Counted from the first letter of the stretch, positions 19,753 through 30,543 are shown. The stretch is 64,000 nt of DNA from an uncultured Desulfospira sp. (GCA_963663165.1 OY760175.1:3104001-3168000); one strand, 5' to 3'. The notes: a model not told the origin generated them from the sequence alone. Made by a program: numbers and translations.

Positions 19753-20766
19753 ATGAGCACCATCCTTGATGTGGCAAAATTAGCAGGGGTATCCACGGCC
19801 ACTGTTTCCAGGGTAATCAACTCTCCGGACTCAGTCCGGGAGCCAACCCGTGAAAAAGTCAGGCGGGCCATGGCTCTTTGTAACTATAAATACAATGCCC
19901 TTGCACGGGGTTTTGCCACAAAACAGTCCAACACCATCGGACTGATCATTCCCAATATCAACAACCCCATTTTTGCCGAATCCACCCGGGGGGTCCAGGA
20001 TTATGCCCATAAAAATAACATCCAGGTCATTCTCGGAAACACTTACTACCAGAATGAACAGGAAGAAAATTTAATCCGGACGCTAAGGGAAAAACAGGTG
20101 GACGGTCTGATTTTGACCTCAACTGATCCCAAAAGCGCGACCATCAGCGCATTGGTAGAGGAAAAATTTCCACTTGTTTTGCTGTACAGCACCATAAAGA
20201 AAGGCCCCGTATCTGCCGTGGGGGTGGATAATTATTACGGCGGCTATCTTGCAACCGAGCACCTCGTCAAACTCGGCCACCAAAGAATCGGCATGATTGC
20301 AGGAAAATTTTCCATCTCGGACAGAAGTTTTCATCGTTGGCACGGGTACAGGCAATGCCTGAAACAGTATGGCCTTGCCTATGACAAGAACCTCTTGCGC
20401 CAGACAGAGTATTCCCTTTCAGGGGGAATTGAGTCAATCAAATCAATGCTTGAAACCAACGATCCTCCCTCGGCTGTATTTTGTTCTAATGATTATCTGG
20501 CCATCGGGGCCATAAAAGGGGCAAGAGAGGCGGGGATAAAGCTTCCTGAAAGCCTGTCCATTGTCGGGTTTGACAATATCCAGATTGCATCCTATGTCAT
20601 CCCGGAACTGACGACCGTTCACCAGCCCGCATATGAGATGGGAAAACAGGGCGCTAAGGTCCTTTTCAAGCTGATGAAAGAAAAACAAAGTCCTCCGGTT
20701 CAAATCATGCTGGAGGCATCTCTTGTTGTCAGGGATTCAACAGTCAGGGCAACTGAGACCGGATAA
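19753..20766 (+). CDS. LacI-family transcriptional regulator
   Basis: TILDVAKLAGVSTATVSRVIN HTH; C-terminal sugar-binding fold (SIVGFDN, LTTVHQP). Confidence 0.96.
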   Translation: MSTILDVAKLAGVSTATVSRVINSPDSVREPTREKVRRAMALCNYKYNALARGFATKQSNTIGLIIPNINNPIFAESTRGVQDYAHKNNIQVILGNTYYQNEQEENLIRTLREKQVDGLILTSTDPKSATISALVEEKFPLVLLYSTIKKGPVSAVGVDNYYGGYLATEHLVKLGHQRIGMIAGKFSISDRSFHRWHGYRQCLKQYGLAYDKNLLRQTEYSLSGGIESIKSMLETNDPPSAVFCSNDYLAIGAIKGAREAGIKLPESLSIVGFDNIQIASYVIPELTTVHQPAYEMGKQGAKVLFKLMKEKQSPPVQIMLEASLVVRDSTVRATETG

Positions 20767-20855
20767 AAGAGGATTTATAACTTAAAAAAGGAGGGCATTG
20801 ACTGATTTCAAGATCGGCTCAATCAATTTTTAACTGTTATTTTAAGGAGAGACTC

Positions 20856-22148
20856 ATGAAAAAGCGGTCAGCAAGTAATAGCGTATTTAAATTTATTATC
20901 GTTTCGTTGATGTTTGTGTTTTTTTCCATCCCGGCCAACGCAACAGAGTTAACCATGTTTTATCCTGTCGCCGTGGGCGGGCCACTGACAAAACTGGTGG
21001 ATAAACTTGTTTCCGAATTCCAGGCCGAAAATCCGGATATTCAGATAAAAGCCATATACTCGGGAAATTATTCCGATACCATGACCAAGGCCATGACGGC
21101 ACTAAAAGGGGGAAATCCGCCCCATCTGTCCGTCATTCTTTCCACTGAGATATACACGCTTATTGATAATGAGGCGATTGTTTCCTTTGATGAACTGGTA
21201 ACGACCCCCGAAGAAAAACAATGGCTGGACAGTTTTTATCCCGCTCTCATGGAAAACAGCCGGACCGGCGGAAAAACATGGAGCATTCCCTTCCAACGTT
21301 CTACCATTGTCATGTATTATAACAAGGATGCATTTAGAAAAGCCGGACTGGATCCCGAGATGCCGCCTGCAACCTGGGATGATATGGTTGAAATGGGCAA
21401 GAAACTGGTTGCCAAAGATGACTCCGGCAAAGTCACCCAGTGGGGAATAGAAATTCCATCCACCGGTTATCCTTATTGGATGTTCGGTGCTTTATGCCGT
21501 CAGAATGGAGAGGTTCTCATGAACGGGGAAGGCACTGAAGTCTATTTCCAGAACCCGGGCGTTGTTGAAGCTCTTGAATTCTGGAAAGCCCTTGGCTATA
21601 CCCATGAAGTCATGCCCAAGGGAACCATTGAATGGGGAACCCTGAGAAGTGATTTTCTCGAGCAGAAGACCGCCATCATGTGGCACAGCACCGGAAACCT
21701 GACCGCTGTAAAGAAGAATGCATCGTTTGATTTCGGTGTTGCCATGCTGCCCGCCAAAAAGGAAAGAGGAACCCCCACAGGCGGCGGGAACTTTTACATT
21801 TTCAAACAGACAACACCCGAAGAAAGAGCGGCTGCGCTCAAATTCATAAAATGGATGACCCAGCCGGTCAGAACCGCCCAGTGGAGTATCGGTACCGGGT
21901 ATCTCGGAACCCGTCCCGATGCCTATGAGACCCAGGTGTTAAAAGATTATGTAAAAGACTTTCCAGCCGCCGCCGTCGCAAGGGACCAGCTAACGTATGC
22001 CACAGCCGAATTGTCCGTACATGAAAACGGCCGGGTGTATAAAATAGTCAACGATGCCATTCAGTCCGTACTGACCGGCGCAAAAACAAGCGAAGACGCA
22101 TTAAAAGCCGCCCAAAAACAGGCAAGCCGTATCTTAAAACGGTATTAA
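20856..22148 (+). CDS. ABC transporter substrate-binding protein (UgpB-like)
   Basis: Signal peptide; IPFQRSTIVMYYNKDAF, PPATWDD, TPTGGGN. Confidence 0.92.
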   Translation: MKKRSASNSVFKFIIVSLMFVFFSIPANATELTMFYPVAVGGPLTKLVDKLVSEFQAENPDIQIKAIYSGNYSDTMTKAMTALKGGNPPHLSVILSTEIYTLIDNEAIVSFDELVTTPEEKQWLDSFYPALMENSRTGGKTWSIPFQRSTIVMYYNKDAFRKAGLDPEMPPATWDDMVEMGKKLVAKDDSGKVTQWGIEIPSTGYPYWMFGALCRQNGEVLMNGEGTEVYFQNPGVVEALEFWKALGYTHEVMPKGTIEWGTLRSDFLEQKTAIMWHSTGNLTAVKKNASFDFGVAMLPAKKERGTPTGGGNFYIFKQTTPEERAAALKFIKWMTQPVRTAQWSIGTGYLGTRPDAYETQVLKDYVKDFPAAAVARDQLTYATAELSVHENGRVYKIVNDAIQSVLTGAKTSEDALKAAQKQASRILKRY

Positions 22149-22221
22149 CTGCTGCACCTTTCCCCGGGCCTGCCCCAAAAGGGTCATGCCCGGGGAAATT
22201 TTGGAAAAGGACGAAAATTAA

Positions 22222-23043
22222 ATGAATTTCTGGCAAACCGGAACCAAACAAACCATTGAAACTGCCGGGGCGTGGGTTTTGGGAATTCTTTGGCTCATGC
22301 CGGTGATGTTCGCCTTTTGGAGTGCATTCCATCCGGCGGAATATACAACAAGTTTTGAACTGTTTGCGCCACTGACCATGGAAAATTTCATCAGGGCCTG
22401 GTCTCATGCCCCGTTTCCCCGCTATCTGATGAATACCTTTGTTCTGGTCACCCTTATCCTTGGCGTACAATTTGTTCTATGCACCCTGGCTGCGTACGGA
22501 TTTGCCCGGTTTGAATTCTTTGGACGGGACATTCTTTTTGCCGTGGTGCTGCTGCAGCTGATGATCATGCCCGAGGTTCTTTTAGTGGAAAACTACAGGA
22601 CCATCAGCAACCTGGGGCTTCTTGACACCATCCCGGCCATCGGCCTGCCCTACATGGCAAGTGCGTTCGGCATATTCCTACTGCGCCAGTCCTTTAAGAC
22701 CATCCCCAATGAGCTGGTAGAAGCCGCCCAGGTTGAAGGCATATCTTCTCTTGGAATTTTATGGAAGGTATACGTTCCCCTGGCAAAGCCGACTTATATT
22801 GCATACGGGCTGGTGTCTGTCAGTTATCACTGGAATAATTTTTTATGGCCCCTGGTTATTACCTCATCGGTAGGCAGCCGGCCTCTGACCGTGGGGCTTG
22901 CCATTTTCGGCGCCCCTGAATCCGGGGTTGACTGGTCTATCATTACAGCCGCAACCGTAATGACCATGGCCCCATTGCTCATCGCATTTATTTTGTTCCA
23001 GAGGCAGTTTGTGCAGTCATTTATGCATTCAGGTATTAAATAA
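22222..23043 (+). CDS. Carbohydrate ABC permease (UgpE-like)
   Basis: EAA loop (ELVEAAQVEG), WNNFLWPL. Confidence 0.93.
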   Translation: MNFWQTGTKQTIETAGAWVLGILWLMPVMFAFWSAFHPAEYTTSFELFAPLTMENFIRAWSHAPFPRYLMNTFVLVTLILGVQFVLCTLAAYGFARFEFFGRDILFAVVLLQLMIMPEVLLVENYRTISNLGLLDTIPAIGLPYMASAFGIFLLRQSFKTIPNELVEAAQVEGISSLGILWKVYVPLAKPTYIAYGLVSVSYHWNNFLWPLVITSSVGSRPLTVGLAIFGAPESGVDWSIITAATVMTMAPLLIAFILFQRQFVQSFMHSGIK

Positions 23044-23135
23044 CGATTTGGAAGTCATCTTAAGACGTCTAAAAGGCGTTCTTAAGTCAGATACACCAAT
23101 AAAAACCTAACCCGAATTTTCAAAGTTGGATTCAT

Positions 23136-24194
23136 ATGTCAGCAATCATTTTAAAAGATGTCGACAAAAGCTGGGGCGACTTTCAAGCCTTGAGCCAAAT
23201 AAATTTTAAGTGCGATGAAGGGAAACTGCTGGTCCTTCTCGGACCGTCCGGATGCGGGAAATCCACCACGTTGCGCCTGATCGCCGGACTGGAGACCCCG
23301 ACATCGGGGATCGTTGAAATCGGGGGCAAAGACGTAACCAACCTGCCCCCGGTTAAACGGAATATTTCCATGGTGTTTCAAAATTATGCCCTGTTTCCCC
23401 ATCTGAATGTGGCGGAAAATATTCTCTTCGGGTTAAAAGCCCGAAAGGTGCCTGTATCCGAACAACAAAAGAGGCTTAAGAATGCCGCCGATATTTTAGG
23501 CCTTTCCGACCTGTTGAAGCGCAAACCCGCCCAGCTTTCCGGGGGCCAGCGTCAACGGGTGGCCCTGGGACGTTCCATTGTGGCCCAGGTGTCGGTCTGT
23601 TTGATGGATGAACCCCTGTCCAACCTGGATGCCAAACTCCGGCAGGAGATGCGCCAGGAAATCAGATCTCTTCAGCAGCGGCTGAAAATGACCATGATCT
23701 ATGTCACCCATGACCAGGTAGAGGCAATGACCATTGCAGACCAAATCATTTTGCTGAACAACGGCATTATTGAACAGCACGGGACACCCGAAGAATTATA
23801 TAACAGACCGGCAACGGCCTTTACCGGCAGTTTTATAGGCAATCCGCCCATGAACATCCTGACCCCGGATACCCTGTTCATGGAGGCATTCTCCGACAGA
23901 CTGCCCGACAGGGATCTGATGGAATCCTGTTTTGTGGGAATCAGACCTGAAAATATTGAAGTTTCACAGGACCGGGGCATAAAAGCACAGGTTGACACCA
24001 TAGAATATCTGGGTGCGGATACATTGCTGGTTTGCCGGGTCGGCCAACAGAACATTACCATGACCCTTAAAGGCAAAACCAGCCTGTCAACAGGAGACGA
24101 TATCACCCTGAACTGGGACATAGCTCACATCCATCTGTTCGACGCCCGAACCGGCCGGCGGATCGAAAATACGGGAAAGGCAGGGGCTTTATGA
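23136..24194 (+). CDS. ABC ATP-binding protein (UgpC/MalK-like)
   Basis: GPSGCGKST, LSGGQRQR, DEPLSNLD, TOBE C-terminus. Confidence 0.95.
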   Translation: MSAIILKDVDKSWGDFQALSQINFKCDEGKLLVLLGPSGCGKSTTLRLIAGLETPTSGIVEIGGKDVTNLPPVKRNISMVFQNYALFPHLNVAENILFGLKARKVPVSEQQKRLKNAADILGLSDLLKRKPAQLSGGQRQRVALGRSIVAQVSVCLMDEPLSNLDAKLRQEMRQEIRSLQQRLKMTMIYVTHDQVEAMTIADQIILLNNGIIEQHGTPEELYNRPATAFTGSFIGNPPMNILTPDTLFMEAFSDRLPDRDLMESCFVGIRPENIEVSQDRGIKAQVDTIEYLGADTLLVCRVGQQNITMTLKGKTSLSTGDDITLNWDIAHIHLFDARTGRRIENTGKAGAL

Positions 24195-25081
24195 AGCCTG
24201 AATTTCGCCTGCACTATTGGAACCATATTAATGGCTGGCTTCTGGTCCTGCCCGCTGTATTCATGATCAGCATGTTTACCCATTTTCCCATTGCATCCAC
24301 CCTGTTCCACAGCTTTTTTTCCACCGGAACAGCAGTCCATCCCTCAGAGTTTATGGGGCTTGAGAATTATGCTTATCTCCTGGACGATGAAATCTTCTGG
24401 AAAGTATTGACCAACAATTTGCTGTATTCTTTTTGTACCGTCCCCATGAGCATTGTCACAGCCCTTGGCATGGCCCTGCTCATCAACCGGAATATCAAAG
24501 GCCGCTCCCTGATCAGGATGTCGTTTTTCACCCCCACGGTTCTGCCCATGATCGCCGTAGCCAATATCTGGCTTTTCTTTTATACACCGGAATACGGGCT
24601 TTTTGATAAGGTTTTGGCCTGGTTCGGCTCGGGAAGTCACAACTGGCTGGGAAGCTCTGATACGGCGTTGTTCTGTCTTATCGTTATGGTCATCTGGAAG
24701 GAATCCGGATTCTTTATGGTTTTTTATCTGGCCGCGCTGCAGCAGCTTTCTCCGGAACTTAAAGAAGCCGGCACAGTTGAGGGGGCCGGCAGCTGGTATT
24801 ATTTCAGACGGGTAACCTTTCCTTTGCTGATGCCCACAACCCTGTTCATTATGATCAATGCCGTGGTGAATTCATTCAAGCTGGTGGACCATCTGGTGAT
24901 CATGACCAAAGGCGGGCCGGATAATGCAAGCTCTCTTTTGCTGTATTATATTTACGAAAATGCATTCAGTTTCTGGGATACCAGCTATGCGGCCACCTTA
25001 ACCGTTGTCCTGGTGCTCATACTTGCCGTTATTACAGTGATTCAGTTCACCACTGTCGAAAAACGAATTCATTATCAATAG
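24191..25081 (+). CDS. Carbohydrate ABC permease (UgpA-like)
   Basis: FYLAALQQL..ELKEA..VEGA, TKGGPDNAS. Confidence 0.93.
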   Translation: MKPEFRLHYWNHINGWLLVLPAVFMISMFTHFPIASTLFHSFFSTGTAVHPSEFMGLENYAYLLDDEIFWKVLTNNLLYSFCTVPMSIVTALGMALLINRNIKGRSLIRMSFFTPTVLPMIAVANIWLFFYTPEYGLFDKVLAWFGSGSHNWLGSSDTALFCLIVMVIWKESGFFMVFYLAALQQLSPELKEAGTVEGAGSWYYFRRVTFPLLMPTTLFIMINAVVNSFKLVDHLVIMTKGGPDNASSLLLYYIYENAFSFWDTSYAATLTVVLVLILAVITVIQFTTVEKRIHYQ

Positions 25082-25098
25082 GCAGATCTAAAAGTTGA

Positions 25099-25139
25099 TA
25101 ACCGGCCCTGTCTTTGGATTAAGGTCCGGGCCGGTTTAT
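25099..25139 (+). terminator. Putative terminator of the ABC operon
   Basis: ATAACCGGCCC...GGGCCGGTTTAT hairpin after the stop codon. Confidence 0.55.
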
Positions 25140-25192
25140 CTGCTGTTTTTGATTTTTACCCCGGATAATTTTCGAAGGCCGGCTCTTATATT

Positions 25193-25398
25193 TTAAAATG
25201 AGCAATCATGGGAACCAAAGCATTTGGTAAATACAAATAGATCAAGCTGATCCGTGTTCAGCAGGTACACTGCCAGGTCAACGCCGTCCGTATCCCCGTC
25301 GTCATCTATGTCACCGCCACATTTTTTGGGGTTCACCGGTATTCGAACCAAAACGTAAAACCCGGAAAATTCAAAATCCGTATCATGTCCCTGGAATT
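25193..25398 (-). repeat. Direct repeat copy 1: dockerin/EF-hand-like gene 3' end remnant
   Basis: Encodes GDIDDDGDTDGVDLA...FGSHDCSF*; core 25255-25398 matches 27665-27808 with 10 mismatches in 144 bp. Confidence 0.85.
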
Positions 25399-25434
25399 CT
25401 TTTGTCCCTGGAATTCTTTGTTTGTGATCCCAAA

Positions 25435-26583
25435 TCAACCATCAACCCGGAAGTCTGCCAGGGGCATCACCATCACGTTTTCTGAGATAGGGTAGGCAGA
25501 ATCCACCGACGCGATTACCATGGCTTGATCCGGGGAGATATCCTCAAGGCAGTTCCAAAAATTTTTCTTAAGCTGTGGGGTGGTTGACGATTTGATCTCC
25601 ACCGCAAAGGTTTTTCTGCCTTTGGTTAATACCAGGTCAATCTCAGCTCCGTTTGAGGTCCGGTAAAAAAACGGCTTCCAGCGCGGCAGCCGGGAGACAA
25701 TATTTTCTATGACATAACCCTCGAATGATGCGCCGTAAACCGGGTGAGAAAAAAGGTCGGCCATGGTTTCAATATCCAGCAACGCATGCAGGAGCCCTGA
25801 ATCACGGATATATACTTTGGGGGATTTGATCAGGCGTTTTTTTATATTCCCCGAATAGGGTGCCAGGGTCCGCACTAAAAATGTCTGCTCCAAAAGGTCG
25901 ATATATTTTCTAATGGTGTGTGAGCTGACCCCCATGGAGTCAGCTAATTTTGAGGCATTGAGAACCCGCCCGTGGCAATGAGCCAGCATCCGCCAGAACC
26001 GCCCGATGGTATTTGCCGGCAGTGCAAACCCAAGTTGCGGAATGTCCCTTTCCAGAAAGGTTCGGATATAATCTTCCCGCCACTGAAAACTCAAATCGTG
26101 GCTGTCCGTTAACAGGCTTGGCGGATATCCGCCTTTCAGCCAATGACCTGCGAAATCTTTAAAAGGATCTTCTGTATGATTGAATGGGGTGATTTCAATA
26201 TATGAAATCCGTCCGGCCAGGGATTCACCGCTTTGTCTGATTAAATCTCTGGAAGCCGAGCCGAGAATGAGAAACTGACCATTTTTCCGGCCCCGGTCAA
26301 TGCCCCCTCTTAAAACAGGGAAAATGTCCGGCACCCGCTGGATCTCATCCAAGCAAATCAAATGATCGCTGAACTGTGAAAAAAAAAGCTTCCGGATCGG
26401 ACAATTTGTTTAAATCCGAAGGACGTTCCAAATCCAGGTGGATTGCCTTTGGAAAGTCTTTGATCAGCATATCGGCAAGCGTTGTCTTCCCCACCTGCCT
26501 TGCACCAAGCAAAGCAACGGCAGAAAAACTTTCCAACCGCGTGGCCACGGTTTTTTCATTTCTCTGGGGATAATGTTATGCAT
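25435..26583 (-). pseudogene. AAA+ ATPase with DUF4143 C-terminus, frameshifted twice in homopolymers (pseudogene or sequencing error)
   Basis: MHNIIPREM.. / GARQVGKTT / LDEIQ ... EIDLV...AVEIK lie in three frames; A6 tract (26551-26556) one short, T9 tract (26379-26387) one long. Confidence 0.85.
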
Positions 26584-26750
26584 ATTTGAACCCCACATTC
26601 AAATATACATAATGTCAAGCGGAGTTAGATGGACACAGTGCATCCGTATGGGGCCTGACTACAGTTTGATGTCAATTTAGGAATAGATCATACGGACAAT
26701 GTATAAAAAGGAGGCCGGAAAAAAAGAGGAATTGAAGACCGGGTGTTGTT

Positions 26751-27128
26751 CTATTTTTTCTCCAAATCCGATATCATGATATCAACTGTCTGGGTGAGGA
26801 CGGGGATATCCTCTTTACAAGTATTGAAGATCTCTTCTGCATCAATATTGAAATAATCATGAACAACGATATTTCTCATTCCCTTTATCTCTGCCCAGGG
26901 GATGGCGGGATATTTTTTTAAAAGGGCTTGGTCTGTCAGTTTGTCGATTTTTTTAACAAGTTCGCCGATCACAATTAAAGGCATGCATAATAAATCCAAT
27001 TTTTCAACACCTTGTGCAGAGTCCGTCAAATCGGAAACCGATTTCACTGTCTGCATTCTTAACTGGATTTTATTCAGGGAATTTTGAAGTTTGTGCAGCA
27101 AATCGATTACTATTTCAAAGTCATACAT
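26751..27128 (-). CDS. HEPN/DUF86 toxin (HepT-like RNase)
   Basis: RX4HXY motif RNIVVHDY; IPWAEIKGMRN; overlaps the MNT gene. Confidence 0.9.
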   Translation of the reverse strand: MYDFEIVIDLLHKLQNSLNKIQLRMQTVKSVSDLTDSAQGVEKLDLLCMPLIVIGELVKKIDKLTDQALLKKYPAIPWAEIKGMRNIVVHDYFNIDAEEIFNTCKEDIPVLTQTVDIMISDLEKK

Positions 27129-27414
27129 AAATGACATCCCTTGCAATCCGTTCTTTCAATAGCGGATTTAAGTCTCCCCTATCAGCGACGACATCAACCG
27201 GCATGTCTAAATAGTCTTCCAAACTCATTTTTAAGCTGATCCGATTTAATAGATTGCGTTTTTTAAATTCAACAACAATATCTATATCACTGTCCTTTTT
27301 TACAGATCCCCTGGCAACCGATCCAAAAAGGCCCATTTTGACAACGCCGAATTGCTCCGCCTGATTTTTTTTATATTCTTTCAAAAGGGCTATAATCTGT
27401 TCTCTATTGATCAT
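27121..27414 (-). CDS. Minimal nucleotidyltransferase antitoxin (MntA-like)
   Basis: GSX10DXD motif FGSVARGSVKKDSDIDIVV. Confidence 0.92.
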   Translation of the reverse strand: MINREQIIALLKEYKKNQAEQFGVVKMGLFGSVARGSVKKDSDIDIVVEFKKRNLLNRISLKMSLEDYLDMPVDVVADRGDLNPLLKERIARDVIYV

Positions 27415-27602
27415 TTCAGCCTTCCTTATTAGGATGTTAAGCAAACAAATTATAAGCGGTTAGGCCGGTGACGTCAATTTAGATTATTTGAAGACACCGT
27501 TTGGCGTTTTTGCATTAGCGGACTACCAATGTCAACGAGAATTACCGGCAGGGTGGTTTTGGGATTGCAACCCACCCTGCCGGCATCCCGGCCTTTTATA
27601 TC

Positions 27603-27808
27603 TTAAAACGAGCAGTCCTCAGAGCCGAAGCTCTCAGCCAATACCGACAGGTCAAACTGGTCCATGTTCAGCAGGTACGCTGCCAGGTCAGCGCCGTCCG
27701 TATCCCCGTCATCGTCCATGTCACCGCCGCATTTTTTGGGGTCCACCGCTATTTGAACCAAAACGTAAAACCCGGAAAACTCAAAATCCGTATCATGTCC
27801 CTGGAATT
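27603..27808 (-). repeat. Direct repeat copy 2: dockerin/EF-hand-like gene 3' end remnant
   Basis: Encodes GDMDDDGDTDGADLA...FGSEDCSF*; offset 2410 bp from copy 1. Confidence 0.85.
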
Positions 27809-27961
27809 ACCTCAATTTGAGTTAAATGCATACCCCAGTTTAAATATTTTATGGGACACCGCCAAGCAGTCTTAATCGACCCTTTTCAGCATCAAAAAGG
27901 GTCGATTAAGAGCTTTTTAACGCCCTTTTTCGATCTTTTTTTCCAAAGTTTTAGATACTTA

Positions 27962-28029
27962 CCGTGGCCCGTCCCCCCGACTCCGTGGCCCGTCCCCCCG
28001 ACTCCACCGCCCCCGACTCCCCGACTCCC
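27962..28029. repeat. 21-bp tandem repeat plus CCCCGACT octamers
   Basis: CCGTGGCCCGTCCCCCCGACT x2, then ccccgactccccgactccc. Confidence 0.85.
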
Positions 28030-28564
28030 AAAGATCCCATGCTCCTGGATCTGAAGTTGTTTTCAGAACAGTTTGGACAAGATTCCTGGCAATGACCTTA
28101 TCAGCAGGGTGACCGCATTTGTAAGAATACATTTCTCCTCAACAACTTCCCTTGTTCCGGCAGTAAGAAAACGGATCATCCCCGGGACACGCTTTTCAGG
28201 GCATGACCGAACCATATGCAACCCCATGCACAAACCTGAAACCACAACTTTCTTCGATTTACTTTGGATGGGGAAATTTCCCCATTGAAGGGAAATTAAC
28301 GCAAAAATTGTTCCTGGGATTGTTCAATCATTATGGCCAGCATAAAATATCGGCAAACAGTTTGATTTTACAATCGATCCTAAAAAACAAACCAATGAGA
28401 TTTCTTTTAAATTCAAGGACGTTGAAATGCTGTTTGTGAAAAAAATGTGTTATATTGTGAAAACTTTGTGCTATTTTATTACATTGTTTTCACAATAAAT
28501 CGCAAACGGTGTACCATGGGACAGGATGCCCAAGGTGCCGGCTCATCAACATGCCATACCCCGG

Positions 28565-30067
28565 CTAACCGGTTGCGGCAATTTTGGACAACACTTTCTT
28601 TTTCAGATTGATTTTGTGGTCGGTTGAAAAGTCGACGGTATCGGACCAGGATTGGTCAATGAGGGTTGAAATCTGTCTTGAGAACATGTTCAGGCTGTTG
28701 ATCAGTTCCCTTAAGCGCAAGGTCTGCCGTTTATCCAGGGCGCCGCCGGCGAAGGCGCAAAGCTCGGTGGCACAGAAAGGAAAGTTGGCCAGGACATTGT
28801 CCCGGGTTTTGCCCACCCGGTTAAAGTAGCAGGTCTGAAGGCTTTCGATCATCCGGAAGGGAAAGCCCCACAGCCTTGCAAAGTGAACCCCGATGTTGTC
28901 ATAGGTGGTTCCGATAACCTGTCGGGCCGCCTTTCTTTTGTTGATCTGTTTTTCTTCCATCAGGCCTTTGATCTCAAAATAAGCCTCCGGATAATAATAA
29001 AGAACCATGATCTGACCGAAGTTATGGATCATGGCGCAGATTGAAATTTCTTCAAAATCCTTTAAATCGCTATTGGTAAGGTAATTTACGGCGATGCGAT
29101 ATCCCATGAAGGCGCTGAAATAATTGTTTTCAAGCTCCTGGCGGTGCGCCTGGTTTTCAATGGTCTCAAGAGAAACGAACCGGTTCACGACCTCTTTGAG
29201 TTCTTCATGGCCAAGAAGCATGATGGCGTGGGAAATGGTCCCCACGGTCTTTTTAGAGGATTTTGAATTGGCGACCTTTAAAATATTCAGGGCCATGGCC
29301 ACGTCCCCTAAAATGATCTCTGATACCTCAAGGTTGGTGGAAAATTTTTCGTTAATCTGTTTTTTAACCATCTGCTCGTTTAGCGGCAGCACCGGCAGGT
29401 AATAACTGTCCGCCATCTTTTTTGTCATAAGCTTTAAAGCCTTTTCACGCCTGGCCTCTCTTTCTTTGATTACGTTGCTCAGCAGATCCCTGGTCTTCTC
29501 ATTTGAAGTGTCCGCAGCAGGGGTCATGGCAATTTTTTTGATGCCAAGGACATAATTTTTTTTCAGCTTGGTCAGATCAACGGCTATCCCTTCAACCTGA
29601 AGCTGCTTGTTGGCCTGCTCAACGGCCAGTTCAAAGGTTTTTCGCCCGGATTCGATTTCATCCACGGTCTGGTTAAAATAGGCCACCATGGTGAGTCCCG
29701 GCATGGTGGGATAAATCATGGTGAACAGTTTTACCAGGACAGCGCCCAGGCGATTTTCATGATAAAAATCATTTTCATCAATGCCGATGTAACTTTCGGC
29801 ATGCATCCGGTTTATAGTATCGGCAAAATCGACCCCGGCAGGCACACCGACATCCATCATGTCGTCCATCAGGGTTTCACTGCTGTATCGTTCAACTGGG
29901 TCTTCAGCGGCGGCGGTTATCTCCTTTTCGCGCTGATGGATAAGAAAAAGGCTTGAGAGCATGGGGATGCTGATATTGAAACCGGGAACAGCCCTTTTGA
30001 TCCCGATGTGCTTTAGGGTGTTTGTTTTTAATATGCGGTCAAGTTCTGCCAATACCATGGGAAACAT
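28565..30067 (-). CDS. HDOD domain-containing signalling protein
   Basis: C-terminal LPVLP, D..MA..ILKVANS, TISHAIMLLG, HNFGQI, G...ARLWGFP. Confidence 0.88.
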   Translation of the reverse strand: MFPMVLAELDRILKTNTLKHIGIKRAVPGFNISIPMLSSLFLIHQREKEITAAAEDPVERYSSETLMDDMMDVGVPAGVDFADTINRMHAESYIGIDENDFYHENRLGAVLVKLFTMIYPTMPGLTMVAYFNQTVDEIESGRKTFELAVEQANKQLQVEGIAVDLTKLKKNYVLGIKKIAMTPAADTSNEKTRDLLSNVIKEREARREKALKLMTKKMADSYYLPVLPLNEQMVKKQINEKFSTNLEVSEIILGDVAMALNILKVANSKSSKKTVGTISHAIMLLGHEELKEVVNRFVSLETIENQAHRQELENNYFSAFMGYRIAVNYLTNSDLKDFEEISICAMIHNFGQIMVLYYYPEAYFEIKGLMEEKQINKRKAARQVIGTTYDNIGVHFARLWGFPFRMIESLQTCYFNRVGKTRDNVLANFPFCATELCAFAGGALDKRQTLRLRELINSLNMFSRQISTLIDQSWSDTVDFSTDHKINLKKKVLSKIAATG

Positions 30068-30543
30068 ACCATATAATTCATAAAAAATAGAGACCTAAGC
30101 CCTGTTTTATATGTCATCATGGCGTATTTATCAATGGTGTATTTATCAGGGCCAGGGTGATCGCATGTAACTTGCCTGCCGGTGATGTCCATTTTGATGA
30201 TAAGGATAATCAAGAAACTGGAGACAGGAAACAAGAGACAAGAAAGCAAGGCGTCCAAGCCCCTCTGTGTAGTTTGGCGAAAGCCAAACCTCGGTGCTCT
30301 CTGTGGTTTAAAAGCATGAAATCCCGAAGGGGTTGAATTATTCTTCTTTAACCTCCTGGTTTTATATTGGGATATGGGACTTGGGTAGGCCGTGGATACC
30401 TGCAATCCCCAAGTCCCATATCCCAAGTCCCAAATCCATAATTGGAGATTATCATTATTGCCCATTCCGGAACGGCTTGTTTTTTTTACATGCGATTGTC
30501 CTGTATCAGGAGACATCCATATTTTTTAAAAAGCCTTCAAAGG

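Noticed and set aside
25255..27808. Repeat pair as the TR/VR of a diversity-generating retroelement
   Set aside because: Mismatches are mixed (A/G, G/A, T/C, C/T, G/C), not adenine-specific on either strand, and there is no RT in the window.
28455..28497. Rex operator (ATTGTGAAAAC...GTTTTCACAAT)
   Set aside because: Half-sites resemble Rex but are spaced far wider than TTGTGAA-N4-TTCACAA, and no intact downstream gene is evident.
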